A stretch of 64,000 nt of DNA. It comes from Eledone cirrhosa (lineage: Eukaryota). Both the position numbers and the translations under genes were made by a program. The notes beneath the pieces were generated by a model. It saw only the letters and a list, made by a program, of their open reading frames with translations. It was not told the DNA's origin and did no database searches. Location: NCBI GenBank assembly GCA_964016885.1, contig OZ024741.1, positions 363,320,001 to 363,384,000 on the forward strand, read 5' to 3'. This document shows, piece by piece, positions 26,601-37,975 of the stretch. Each line of letters opens with the position of its first letter. The first letter of the stretch is position 1.

Positions 26601-29600
26601 TTGACTTTTATGGGCAGGTGAAATTAACAGGTGTAAAAGTAATGACTTTATGGATAAACACAAAAATGTATCTGACTTACCTGCTAGATTTGTTACAAAG
26701 ACCTAGATGTTGACTTCCAACAATTTTAGCACATTTCCGAACAGGTGAATTAATTTAAAATGCAGGTATAATCAGTACACGGTTTTAGTCTGCCTCTACA
26801 TTTCATGCAAATATTTTCATTGAAAAAAATGTATAAAACTCTTTCACCAGTCAAAATAATATTGGCAATGTACTCTTACACAATGTACTGAGTAGATTTA
26901 TATAACAGAATGTGCCCAATATATAAGTTCATTAACAGATGTAATGCAGGTGTGACACAGGTGAATGCAGGTGTTTTTGTATCTAATGTGTTCCAATATA
27001 TTTTAAAAATATTTTTTCAATATTGTCAGACAATATTTCTATCATGATATTGGCCAAAACAGCCTTACATAATGGCACTTTGCAAAAAGAACACATAAAC
27101 TTGAATTGCATAACCTTTAACAGTTTTTCTCTTTTGCAAAGAGCACATTCGGCAAACCTTCTTCCTTCCATTAATTTTCTCCACTTTGTGAAAATCAATA
27201 TTTTCCGTGTTTACCTCAGATAATTTCGACTTTCTCCCAGCTTTGTGTTTACGAGAAGAATATCCTCCACGTAGCTGAGAGGCAACGTCTACACGAAATT
27301 TCATGTGGCAGATTCTTGTGGCTTTTAGTGAATACAATAAAAGAATTCACAATGGTTAAATTCACTAAAAACCACAAGATATATCTCCACCATTTCTTTC
27401 CAGGGTGTCCAACTGGGTAATACGCGCAATATTGGTCGGATTTGTCAACCCCACCCATATATTTATTATAGGAGAGGTTGACTAAAGGTTTACCTTCAGC
27501 CCCAACTCCTGGTTCTTGGTTAGACGATAGGAACAAAATTTGCCGCTTGTCTTTATACAATGTGGCTAACAAGTTCCCTTTTTGCAATTGGAGAATGTCC
27601 CCTCTCTTTTTAAATTTTGTGAATTTCATTTCTTGGGGTAGCCCTTTGCGATTCCCCATTATTGTACCGCAGGTGTACGTTACGAGGGCAAGATCCTCTG
27701 CTAGACGCACTGAAGAAAAAAACCGATCAAAATATATGTGTCTATGTTGAGAGTGAAAGGGTTGTCAGAGACCACACAACATCGTACCCCAAGCCATATT
27801 TTCTCTCTCCGTTGTGTTTCTTTCCTGTGTAAATATCAAAGTTTACACAGTAGCCCCTGTCCGATTCACAGTTTCCACACCTTGATGCCCAATCATAGCT
27901 TCATCAACACTAAGATTTTTCCCAGGTATATACACTGTTTTAAATTTTTCCGAGAGCATTTTAATTACTGGTCGAACTTTATACAGAGGGTCATAATTGA
28001 AATCATTTCTACCAGGGTCATTTGAAGTATCAACCAGATGCAAATATTGGTTTAATTTCAAATACCTTGTTTTTGGCATAATACTTGATATATAAGGGTC
28101 GCTAAACCTTATATCAGTGCTCCAGTAATTCCAGCCTTGGAAATTGTTTTATACCAAACATAATGTTTATGGTAAAAAACGCTTGTATCTCCGCAGCATC
28201 TGTAGGTCGCCATAACTGATCGGGTTTTCTTCGATATGAAATCTGCTGTTGGGCATATCGATTCGTCTCTTTTGCCACAACTTCGAAGAAAGTTTGTGGC
28301 AAAAACAAAAAGAAATAATCCAGTGCTTTAGCATCGGGAGGTAATATATGCTGTGGACCAGTATTTTCAACAAAATCGGGAACATGTATTGGTGTGGTAT
28401 TTTTCGACCATGTTACTGAAATATCTTCAATGGCGCCCTGGAGATCTGCTTCACTTTCACTTTCAAAATAACAATCTTCGTCGGACGAAATTTCAGAAAT
28501 ATAAACATCAGATTCATTTGATGATATATCACTAATATTATCGTTTGTTTCTTGTGTAAAACCTTCAAAGTCGGTATCGCTACTTTCAGAAACCATGTTG
28601 ATACAAAAAAATTTCTTGCACTTTCAAGTTAAAAAAAACATGTGTTGCTTTAACTTGTTTCATTATATTAAGTGTTAATTTTCGTGGTAAAAGCCTAATC
28701 TCGCAGTAGTCTCGAATGGACGAGATTTTGATGATGGTTTGTTTATTTTTAGAACGATATTTTAGTGTAGGTGTTTTCGGGTGCTTTCAGGCGGTTTGAA
28801 CAAATGAAAGGGAAATAATTTTGGCCGCTTTCGAGCGGTTTGAACACTAAAGGGTTAAACTGGACGCACACAATACCAAAAGACAGAAGAAAAGACTTAC
28901 CAAGCACTAATAAGGCGATCATTAATTGCAGCAGAAAGAAAATAAGAGGATTCATGTTGTTTTATGTCTGTAACAACAGGTAATAACTGTATCACTTCGG
29001 TAGCATGACCATTGAATTTCTGCAAGAAAGATATCAATATTGATTCAAACTATTTTTTAAGTATTAACAATCTTCCTTTATCACAAGTGCATGTCTAAAT
29101 CAATAAACGAAGTCGCCCTTTTTATTCTAAACCATCCAAGATCTCACATTTTAAGAAGTTTTATGTAAGAATCTTTTTTGCTAATTTTTTAGTTTTTCAG
29201 TTAATCGTACTCAAGAGGGCTATCAATTTTATTTGTTTGCAATTTTCTTAATTTTCTATGTGCAGATGTTAAATTTTGTCAGTAGATATTTAAATATCAA
29301 TAATTTACAATTATATATTTTTACCTGATTTTTTTTTTGTTAAATTTGACTTTTATGGGCAGGTGAAATTAATCAACCAGGTGCAAATACATTGTTTTCA
29401 GCATAATACTTGATATATAAGGGTCACTAAACTATATCTTAGTGCTCCAGTAATTCCACAGTCTTGGAAATTGTTTTATACTGAACATAATATTTACGGT
29501 AAAAAAATGCTTGCATTTCCGCATCTGTTGGTCGCCATAACAGATCAGGTTTTCCTTGTTTTGAAATGTGCTGTTAAGCATACCGATTAGTCTCTTCTGC

Positions 29601-32600
29601 CACAACTTCGAAGAAAGTTTGTGACAATAAACAAAAAGAAATAATCCAGTGATTTAACATCAGGAGGTAATGTGTGTTGTGGATCAGTATTTTGAATAAA
29701 ATCAGGAACGTGTATTGGTGTGGTATTTTTCAACCACGTTGCTGTAATATTTTCAATGGCGTCCTGGAGATTTCCTTCATCGTGTGTAAAACCTTCAAAG
29801 TCGGTATCGCTACTTTCACAAGCCATGTGATACACACAATCTGTTGTACTTTCAACGTTAAAAAAAACACGTGTTATTTGAAGTTGTTTCACTATACTAA
29901 GTGTTAATTTTCGTGGTAAAGGCCTAATCTCGCAGTAATCTCGAATTGAGATTTTGATGACAGCGATATTTTAGTGCGTGTTGTTGTTGGCCGGTTTGAA
30001 CAAATAAAGGGGAAATAATTGCGGCCGGTTTTGGCTGTTTTAACACTAAATGGTTAAAACGTTTATAATAGCTTATCATAACTTCCAATGGGGTGGTGGA
30101 TTAACAGAAACAATCGAATATCAAGAGTTCAAATCCCTCTCATCCAGGGTTAACTTTAGCACCAGGATTAATATAATTAACTACACTCATCATCCTACAT
30201 CGAAGTCTTGCACCCATTTCAAATCAACACTATGACCTCTAGTAACACTAGACTGCATTCAGGAGTGAAACAAACTTCTTTAATTCCTTTGAGTTGCTGT
30301 CCAGGTCAAAGCAGTACAACAAAAACTTTGACACCAAGAAGTAAATGGTAAATGTCAACAGCTTTTGAATGGCCAAAATGACGATGTAACTTTTAGTTTT
30401 AACAGTCTCAGATCAAAGATAACTTCAATATCTTCATTCATCTAACTGAAAACAAGAAAAATGTTCATACAGTTAAATACATTAATGCTTACCTTAAGTA
30501 CTTCATATTTTTCAAGATCCCATAATTTTATTAGGTTCCCAGCTGATATTAACGTGTTCTTTGATGGTAAACATATGCTCTGTAATAAATTGTTGCTGGC
30601 TTTCCATTTACTGAAATATAATAATCAGGCACAATAAGTTAAATGGAAACGTTTGTAAAACTATACTGAAACTTTAATTTATATGAAACATATTTGTAAC
30701 CAAGTGTGACTGACTATAAAATATTTACAATTGTTGAATAAAGAGGATATATGAAGGCTAGAAAGAAAAGAGCATGCTCTGCTGGATGTGTAATGTTAGC
30801 ATGCATGAGTGATGAAGCAGAGCTAAGATGAAAAAAAAACGGACACAAGAGGAATCAGATGTACAAGAGAAAAGATTGCATTAGTACAAACATATAATGA
30901 TGATCATCATCACGAATGGAAAGATGCCAGGAGTTCCAAGTGGAAGACCAGGTGATAGCTGATCTTAGTGCTGAACTTGAGAAAAGAAACAGCAAAGGAA
31001 AGCTGTCCAACCAGCATGGAAAAGTAGATGTAATGATGATGATGTCTAACCCCAGATCCATCTTGATAGAACTGATATATGACCAACAACATTACAACCA
31101 CAACCATCTCATGCAATTTTCAGACAGTATATTCAGGACTACATTATAGACACAGACATGACTATGTGAAGAGGATTCTTAGCAACCACGTGGTTTCAGG
31201 TTGAATCCCACTGTATTGTGACTTGGACAAGTGCATTCTACTAGAGCCTCACATATATGTTCAATGGGTGAAGAACACTGGATATATCCAACATAAAAAA
31301 TAGGGAGAGGTGCAGGGAAGGCATCATACAATAGGATACTGCCTCAAAAAGTCTCAAACTTACGACAGCATGGAAACGCAGGCATTTGATGATTATCCTT
31401 CCTGTTTAAGATGATAGAGTGTGATTTAGGAGAAATTACTTCAGAAGCCCCTTTTATGGCTTGGTTGGAAGTCAGTGTAAATATGATGTGCAATATATGA
31501 GCAGAAGGATATGAGAATGTGTTTACTTACTGATTTACTTTACCAAGTGAGAGATCCCACTCTGCTATGTAGTGATCACTGGAACATGTATATAAAACAT
31601 TTTTTTCTGGATGCCAACAAATATCATTTACAATGAGACTGTGACCATTTTCCTGTGAAAGAAAAAAAACACCAGAAAGTGATTAATGAGGTTAATGACA
31701 GACTAATGAAATAAAATAAAATAAAAATAGAAAGAAATACCCAACAGGTTTGGCTGGCCTTCTACAAGGTTGAATCCCATAAGAGATTTCTTATGTGTTT
31801 TAATGAGAGGTAGACCAATCTTACGAACAGCAATGTGAAATGAAGCATCTTGCTTTAGAATACAACATGCCTTCTGGTTCAGAATTGAAATCATGAACTA
31901 AGGCCATGCACATTAAATGATGGATGGATCAAACCAAATCCGAAGTAACTACCCTATTCAGAGCTTTTGTATATTTCACAAGACTATGAATTTGTACCCC
32001 AAAATTTCCCACCTCATGTTGCAAACCTGAACAAGGTTTTAAAAAAATTTAATGGGAGACCAGTAGTTGCCACTGCATGCAAATTTTCACTCTTTATATC
32101 ACTGATACTTTTCAAGGGAAAGGTTGGTACAACTTGTCACCAGAATACAAAAAACTGAGAGAGACATTGCAAGGCATATAACTTGTCTGATGCTCTATCA
32201 GCATCATTATTACTCAACGTCTGTTTTTCTTGCTAGCGAGGGTTGTTCTATCATGGATTTATCAATCCCCCAAAAAGATAAAAGGCAAAGTCAACCACAG
32301 TAAAGTTTGAAATCAAAGCACAAAGAGCCCAAACACACACCACAAGGCATTCTATTCGACACTTTAACAACTTGCTAACTTGAATGCAATGAAGGAACAG
32401 TCAACCATTAACAAATTTTATTCATATCAATAGATAGAAAATTATAGAAAAAGGGTTTCCACCACAAGTAGCTCTAAGCTACTCCCAATGAACACTTGAG
32501 CCCTTATGTCCTAGTAAAAACAATCCCTCTAGAGTAGCAGCCATTTAACCTTTCTGATATTACACTGCCCCTGGGTCTATGATACTAAGCTATCAATTTA

Positions 32601-35600
32601 CCCCTTTAATGTTCAAACCGGCCAGAATTCTCTACTCTTTTCTGTTGAAACTGGCCACTCAAACTGATGTTAAGGTATTGTTCTCAAAATAAATACTTTC
32701 AATATCTCATAGATTCGATATTATGTGAGATAATTATGCGAGGTAAAGCCTTTACCATGAAAATATAATAGTATATATAGAGTAATGTGAATGTTAAAGG
32801 GTTAAAGTATTTATATTTATGTAAAATTCTTCCATTTTAATTCTATGTAAGAACCTTTGTTAAGTTATGTTCCAAACATTAGATTTATACCATATACACT
32901 TGAATATAACCCTGCCCATCATTTTATGCCTGAGAAATGGGCAAAAATTCAAACCCTGTTTATAAGCCAAGGAAACTAATCAACACATTATGTTTAGAGA
33001 CATGGTTTTGAAATTATTATGAGTATAAAATATTCTTGAAGTTTTAATATTTTGATGTTTCAAGTGTTGTTTAGAATATAGGTTTTGTTTCAGAACTCCA
33101 TTATGTAATACTCTTTTACAATTTCATCTGTTTTATAGTTTCAACAACTTTCTCAAATTTTTTTGTACTTCCGGCCACTCACATGCTAGGAGTAGTTAAA
33201 AGCAAGAGATGTAATAAGAGAACATTGTATAGGGATTCATAGAGTAGAAGAGAGAGCAATAAAATATAAGCCAGAAGTAAAACTTTAATCTTCCGTAAGA
33301 TTGAAAGAAAAGGTATTAACAAAGTCAACAACAACAAAGTGTTCAACTAGTGACATTTACCGTAATGGAAAACTACTTACCAAACGACTGTGTATATCAC
33401 CCTTTAGCGCACTGTATAATAATACATTTCCAGCTGCAGTGCCAAGTGCAACTAGCTCCAGACTCTCAGCTGTAGAAGATGTTTCCACTAGAGATTTTTT
33501 CCTCTTTTTACTTTTTGGTAAAATGTTCTGGAAATATAAATATGAAAAAGAAATTTTACAGGTATAACCATGCATGTTTGAAAATTATGTTAGTTTTACT
33601 ACAACTTATAAAACAAATATATGATGATTCCATAGATAGAGGGGATTCACAATTTTGTTACCATATTTGGCATTAGGTAGGAGATCCAGCCACTGAAACC
33701 AAGCTAAAGTGGAGTATGTGAGCAGGATGTACTCAACTGAACAGTCAGGCTTTGTTTTACACAAAAACCTTTCTAACCCAAGTAAGCGTAGAAAATAGAC
33801 ATTAAATTGCAAAGATAATAATTTTTAAATGAAGACACTACCTATGATTTTCAAATAATTTTGAAAATATCAAGAATTTTGAAAGATTTAGTAATATAAA
33901 CTTTCTCATTAAGCTGGTGCTTGGATTATAAGGTTCTTACACAAAATTATGATACAAGCTTTTTTACATTAACAAAATCACTTTATGACCTCATCAATTT
34001 TCTGGTTATCTCTTTTTGCCAAATCAGTACTAATTGCATTCATGATGTAATCCTTGTTTTAAATTTAATTGAAAACTGGTGGTTTTAGTTCGATATCTAC
34101 TTTAATCGATATATATATATATATATATCAATTGATAAGATCCCAGACCTCATTTGCTTACCAAGCAGGGTGGAACTTTTCAAATTGGACCAAGGAAACA
34201 ATGTTTCCATTGACCTTTCTATTGCTGATACTATCTATCAATTGCACAAGGACACAATGCATCGCCTGGTCTGGGAATCTAACAATTGCGAATGCCACAT
34301 ATCTTCACATTTCCATTGTATTTAATGACCCCAAACTAAAAAAAGTGACTGAATAGTGACAAGAACTACATTATCTTCACCCACTCATTCCTGAGTGGGT
34401 GAGTCCACATCCACCCCCAAATGATCCAGGTGGATCCCAAAGTGAGAACAACCAATCTTATGGTCTATCTCGGCAGTAACTCTATCTGGAATGACTCCCT
34501 CATCTCTGAGCTACACACCCTATGAAGTAACATTACTCCGAGACCCTTTGGAGGAACCCCATTTCAGATGTATTTGCAATTATATTCTTTTGGTAATTTA
34601 CCCATAATTCAGGACCATCACATTCCTAATTTAACCCTGTTGATACCAAACTACTTATGTTTTAACAGCACAAAACTGTAGTGTTTATATTAATCCAAAA
34701 TCCTTCCATCATAATTTTGTGTAAGAAAGTTTGTTAGTTATGTTCCAAACACAAACATAAAGACCATAGTATCCCGCTGCAACACTTATCCCTTTATTTC
34801 CACCCTCACCACTCTTACAGGCCCTAACGGGTCTTTCCGTATCCGCCATTCCTTCACCTGCACATCCACCCACATTGTCTATGCCCTCCGGTGTTCCCTT
34901 TGCGGGTCTTTATATATCGGACAAACGGGACGCCGTATGGCAGACCGTTTTGCCGAACATTTGAGGGACATACGACTCGGTTTGGATACTCCTGTCGCCC
35001 GTCATTCTTCCCCACATGTTTCAGTCCTGGGTGTCCTTTTACATCATGGATCAGAGGTCTCGCGCACCAGGACTGAACAAAGTCTAATTCACCGTCTTGG
35101 GTCCTATTCCCCTCTTGAACTCAACTCACCTCCCCAATTTCTCTAATACCCTGTCCATTATCACACCCCTAGAATCCTATCGCTTTTTCTTGATCATTAA
35201 CAGCTTCTCTTACAACTAATACATGCCGATACACACCCTTATATTAACATACTTTTGCTCTTACATGCACACACACTCTTTTACTCACATTTCTTCTTAG
35301 CTTCGTACGGACCTATAATAACACACGCAAACTCATGCTTATGCACGTGCTCAAGTATAGCTCTTTTTACAAACTTTTTTTTTTCCATTTCAGGTAGACG
35401 CTCTCTATCGTCCACTTGTACATACATACATATATATATGTAAAAGGTAAACAGAAATAACAACACAATCGGTACAGCATATGGAAGGAATATATTAGGT
35501 GAACGCTTGATATAGCAGGAAGAGGGTCTTCACGTTTCGGACGCTAGTCCTTCATCAGAAGAAAGAATGAGAAATAAGATAGATTGAGGGGATGGGCAGG

Positions 35601-35697
35601 CTGGAATAGAAAAACATGTCTTTAGATAAAAATAACAGGTCCATTCATGTTGACATCTCTTGGAGAACCGTTGGTGCTGGTGTTTTTATATATACAT

Positions 35698-35730
<33 letters not shown>

Positions 35731-37897
35731 GGATGTTGATCCCTCAACTCTTCCTTGAGGGATCTGTCTCTAATAAAAGAAGTCGATTGCAAGCATATAG
35801 TTTATGCTTGCTTCGTGGTTGGCTTTGGTTCAATCTGGATGTGTATATGTTCAGGTTAAGGCAATTGGCAGCCTCAGTTACACATACAAACATATATATG
35901 CAAAAAAAAACAACAACAATAACAACAAAAAAACATGATTGTGAAGAAGGAAAGAAAAATAGAAAGTATTATTAGACAGAATCGAAATAGAAAGCAAAAG
36001 CTTTGATTACTTGGTATTTGAAAATGAAAAAGGGCATAATTATTTTTCACTATTCGCTACTTTGTTCTTTTATAGATATTTCTTGGCAGGATATATCCAA
36101 CTGTTATAGTTTAACTTATCATGCATGATCTGTAATGGTATTGTTGAAAAAAATAAATAAAACCAATGCTTATTCAGTGGAACTACTTTATTTCACTCTG
36201 GTTATTTAGATTTTGTTGTTCGTCCCGTTTCATATTTTGGGACTTATATATTTTCTCAGGATTGTTCCCAACTAACACACCAGGTCTGAAGCAGTTTCGC
36301 TTCATATGTTCTTTTTCAAAACGAAGAGCATTCGGTTGTTCGAACTACTAAATTAATGTTTAAGTGGTGGAGTATTCCACAGACATGTATACCCTTAACG
36401 CAATTCCCACACCAAATCAGCGCAACACAATACCTTTGCATTACAGTACAATCCACCTGACGGGCTTCCAGTTTCTGTCAATCCAACTTCATTCACAAGG
36501 CTAGGGTTGACTCGATGCTATTGTAAATGTATTTACCAAAGATGCTACAAAGTGGGATGAAACCCCAAACCTCATGATTATGAAGCGAACTGCTAAACCA
36601 CTCAGCCATGCCTGTATTCACTTTTAAAATGTAATCTTTTATTGGCAAACATCATAGAGCGACCCATGTAGACGTAATTATTTGATTGAAGAAAATATCA
36701 GCGACAAACATTATCTAACATATTTTAAAAAATAGAGTGAAGTGTAATTTAAGGAAAATTTCATTGCAGGTTGAGCAATCAAAGAGATACCCCCTTATGA
36801 TTTGTAGATTCAAGCCCTTATCTACTCATACTAGTCTCAGAAACTAGGAAGAATATATTTAATAGTGCAATCCTAGATAAATTACATCTAAAAAATTTAA
36901 TTGCGATGCTCGTGGCTGGAGTGTGTTAAACTAACAAAAACATGGAACTCTGATCCTGAACTCTAACTCGTTTTACCTCGTAATAGTAACGTTTATAAAT
37001 AACACCAAGTTAATATTCGGAAAGAAGAGGTGAGAAATTTCACGTGAAGTAATTTGTCATTTGGAATGTAATTCACAAAGAAGGAAAAACAGCAAAAAAA
37101 ATAAAAACTGTAGCACTGTTAATAAGTAAAACAGGTGCGAGAGTACAGGAGTCCACAACAGAGTTTGAAGATCGAAATGTTATTACATAAATATAAAATA
37201 AGAATAAAATACTGGAAATCAGAGAATCCATAGTAATAGAATAATACAAAAGCGATAAATGCAAAAGTAAATATTCTAGAAAATCAATCAATAAGATTTT
37301 ATTATACAATCAAACTTTAAAAAAATACACGAAAGTACATCTATAGATTTATTTATTAACTAAGTAGATGGAGTGATATAACGCATTTCTAAATATTACC
37401 TACTGCATTATTTCGCATATATCGGATGAAAATTTAAATACGATCTAGAGATTTATTAAAACGTGTAAACTTAAGCGAGCACATGGTGCTGGTTTAGTTT
37501 TAGTGACAGGGCAGTGTTTCAACGCATATGCAATAAACAATAACATGTTCCAGGGATTTGGAAAGGCAAATGATTGCCGAAAATAAAGCAAACAGCTACC
37601 GATGAGCCATAGAGAAAACAACCAGGAAAATTTGAAACTACGAAGTAGGTAGATAAAAGTAAAACATATTTGAAAAAAAAAAAGTAACGTAAGAGATCGG
37701 TGTTAGCTTACCGGAGTTCGGACTGTAGGATACCAAGCTAAACAACTACAAGTTGCCGCTAAATGTGAACTTGGTGTAAACTCATCTTTTAACGTGCCTG
37801 TCCGAGTTTCCCAAACTTTAATGATGCCATCGACAGAAGAATGTATTAAATAATTGCCATTAGGAGAAAATTTCACAACTTCTGTGGCGGCCATCAT
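5553..37897 (-). CDS. WDR43: WD repeat-containing protein 43 (UTP5 homologue, t-UTP/UTP-A ribosome biogenesis factor); 17 coding exons, 629 aa
   Basis: Exons joined by hand: 37897-37712, 33527-33381, 31652-31531, 30610-30493, 29019-28901, 24882-24786, 23180-23116, 21722-21566, 14917-14834, 14572-14453, 14329-14189, 11580-11459, 10869-10806, 9572-9459, 8176-8104, 7245-7175, 5642-5553. Total 1890 nt, phases compatible, no internal stop. N-terminal WD40 repeats, Utp12-like region (AVLLTQGL...WVKVVLSIHTSYL...LMDSRV) and acidic tail match WDR43 as I recall it. Confidence 0.95.
7175..7245 (-). CDS. WDR43: WDR43 exon 16
   Basis: SSDEEMCFKQNLDDAVACESESE; CAG/GTAAT; 71 nt. Confidence 0.87.
8104..8176 (-). 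CDS. WDR43: WDR43 exon 15
   Basis: LNSRHQDEQEEGHQEQHPLLVYQD; donor G|GTTGGT; 73 nt. Confidence 0.88.
9459..9572 (-). CDS. WDR43: WDR43 exon 14
   Basis: FPDLINSLSSLHRLMDSRVTMFSKLTRLQGKLGLLLSH; 114 nt. Confidence 0.94.
9679..9900 (+). mobile_element. Non-autonomous Helitron-like fragment
   Basis: Starts TCTATATATAAA; GT microsatellite body; GGTGAAAAAACTA..AGCAAAAG block shared with 50635-50900. Confidence 0.5.
10806..10869 (-). CDS. WDR43: WDR43 exon 13
   Basis: LPIYALWVKVVLSIHTSYLMS; 64 nt. Confidence 0.93.
11459..11580 (-). CDS. WDR43: WDR43 exon 12
   Basis: NVLRKEHSEAIIQNTVKKLNIQAVVPLINELSRRISIPHS; 122 nt. Confidence 0.92.
12219..13577 (+). mobile_element. piggyBac copy C (internally deleted, antisense to WDR43, intron 11), interrupted by a SINE and a duplicated ATT-tailed repeat
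   Basis: CCCTTTAG end at 12219; transposase N-terminal remnants (ORF 13108 TATWSKNTIHVPDFIQNT...ALDYFFLFLPQT); 13230-13577 is the reverse complement of 26420-26770. Confidence 0.85.
14189..14329 (-). CDS. WDR43: WDR43 exon 11
   Basis: LSLQERLKAID...DSMAVLLTQGLTSADRSILD; 141 nt. Confidence 0.94.
14453..14572 (-). CDS. WDR43: WDR43 exon 10
   Basis: VMVGEVSKDTTVLTPSHM...LNKRKRKPE; TAG/GTAT; 120 nt. Confidence 0.87.
14834..14917 (-). CDS. WDR43: WDR43 exon 9
   Basis: ASKNMSGEVTIEHKPSLPSQFSSTNAQK; CAG/GTAAG; 84 nt; phase 0-0. Confidence 0.82.
16803..17120 (-). mobile_element. tRNA-derived SINE, second family
   Basis: Reverse complement of TTGAGCAAGACACTTTATTTCAC...CTCCAG...TGTAGAAATGAG, shared with 3945-4000. 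Confidence 0.7.
18700..19110 (+). mobile_element. 3' fragment of a non-LTR retrotransposon (Ingi/Vingi/I-group-like)
   Basis: WKCLHRLRSGVG...CDCGIKPQTMQHLLICP: C-terminal CCHC zinc knuckle, frameshifted. Confidence 0.6.
19540..21418 (+). mobile_element. 5'-truncated RTE LINE in WDR43 intron 8 (antisense)
   Basis: RT motifs KAAGPSG, QFGFVPGKSTTDA, LEKAFDRVPR, LYADDL; (GAT)n tail; near-identical to 45155-47311. Confidence 0.92.
21566..21722 (-). CDS. WDR43: WDR43 exon 8 (GC donor)
   Basis: KIKKPIRPKVTIKVVSSSGKTLPILV...SSFIKPIFEQV; 157 nt; donor GTG|GCAAGT. Confidence 0.88.
23116..23180 (-). CDS. WDR43: WDR43 exon 7
   Basis: AICLSVVTKSGQLLIFEHVLNG; CAG/GTAAG; 65 nt. Confidence 0.93.
24786..24882 (-). 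CDS. WDR43: WDR43 exon 6
   Basis: AINSNKHEKTAIASFSLPDEPKTLALSNSKDQ; TAG/GTAAG; 97 nt. Confidence 0.92.
26396..28854 (-). mobile_element. piggyBac copy A, full-length ends (2459 bp), in WDR43 intron 5, same orientation as host
   Basis: TTAA target site duplication at 26392-26395 and 28855-28858; imperfect TIR CCCTTTAGYRTTC. Confidence 0.93.
26990..28596 (-). pseudogene. Disrupted piggyBac (PGBD4-like) transposase
   Basis: DDD triad SVDEAMI / YFDRFFSS / GGVDKSDQ and C-terminal Cys-rich domain present, but split over frames, with an apparent deletion after DEAMI. Confidence 0.9.
28901..29019 (-). CDS. WDR43: WDR43 exon 5
   Basis: KFNGHATEVIQLLPVV...YFLSAAINDRLISAW; AG/GT; 119 nt. Confidence 0.94.
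29199..30053 (-). mobile_element. piggyBac copy B (internally deleted) in WDR43 intron 4
   Basis: Joins the equivalents of 26455-26630 and 28075-28854; ends CACTAAATGG|TTAA; left TIR missing; ORF 29587-29892 is the transposase N-terminus. Confidence 0.88.
30493..30610 (-). CDS. WDR43: WDR43 exon 4
   Basis: KWKASNNLLQSICLPSKNTLISAGNLIKLWDLEKYEVLK; AG/GT; 118 nt. Confidence 0.94.
31531..31652 (-). CDS. WDR43: WDR43 exon 3
   Basis: ENGHSLIVNDICWHPEKNVLYTCSSDHYIAEWDLSLGKVN (GH...WD repeat); AG/GT; 122 nt. Confidence 0.95.
32602..32801. mobile_element. 200 bp piggyBac MITE nested in another TTAA MITE
   Basis: TTAC|CCCTTTAATGTTC...GAATGTTAAAGGG|TTAA; inverted copy of 2490-2708. Confidence 0.8.
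33381..33527 (-). CDS. WDR43: WDR43 exon 2
   Basis: ttccag|NILPKSKKRKK...VALGTAAGNVLLYSALKGDIHSRL|gtaag; 147 nt. Confidence 0.93.
34631..34757. mobile_element. Abundant TTAA-flanked MITE family (representative fragment)
   Basis: Termini TTAA-CCCTKTTGWTACC; core TTCCATCATAATTTTATGTAAGAACC; copies near 3150, 3770, 4200, 7620, 8230, 9900, 11680, 13600, 16240, 21760, 23830, 25870, 33830. Confidence 0.75.
34760..35147 (+). mobile_element. Penelope-like element, GIY-YIG endonuclease fragment
   Basis: FTCTSTHIVYALRCSLCGSLYIGQTGRRMADRFAEHLRDI...PVARH. Confidence 0.85.
35527..35562 (-). ncRNA. Minimal type I hammerhead ribozyme motif (Penelope-type)
   Basis: UCUU-CUGAUGA-A-GGAC(UAGC)GUCC-GAAAC-GU-G-AAGA: core boxes, stem II, stem I UCUU/AAGA and palindromic ACGU in place of stem III; cleavage triplet is GUG. 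Confidence 0.7.
37712..37897 (-). CDS. WDR43: WDR43 exon 1
   Basis: MMAATEVVKFSPNGNYLIHSSVDGIIKVWETRTG...CLAWYPTVRTP; donor GTAAG; 186 nt. Confidence 0.95.
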
Positions 37898-37975
37898 TGA
37901 GAGTCAAACACGTGGGGATTCATTGCGCGTGCGCAGTAGCTGACTTAGCTAAAACAAATTCTTATTTCCGGTATT
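37886..37975 (-). promoter_or_regulatory. WDR43 core promoter / 5' UTR motif cluster
   Basis: E-box CACGTG 37909-37914; NRF1-type TGCGCACGCGCA (minus) 37924-37935; ETS CCGGAAAT (minus) about 37964-37971; YY1-like ATGGCCGCC at the start of the CDS; locally CpG-richer. Confidence 0.7.

Noticed and set aside
26990-28596. Domesticated PGBD gene
   Set aside because: Frameshifts, stops and an internal deletion, with TIRs and TSD retained, indicate a decayed transposon.
30399-30476. snoRNA-like segment next to exon 4
   Set aside because: D box and short stem present, but no proper C box and no target identified.
36183-36345. Open minus-strand stretch in intron 1 (FEQPNALRFEKEHMKRNCFRPGVLVGN...)
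   Set aside because: Weak acceptor, ends in a stop, no homology recognised, and exons 1 and 2 already join in frame.
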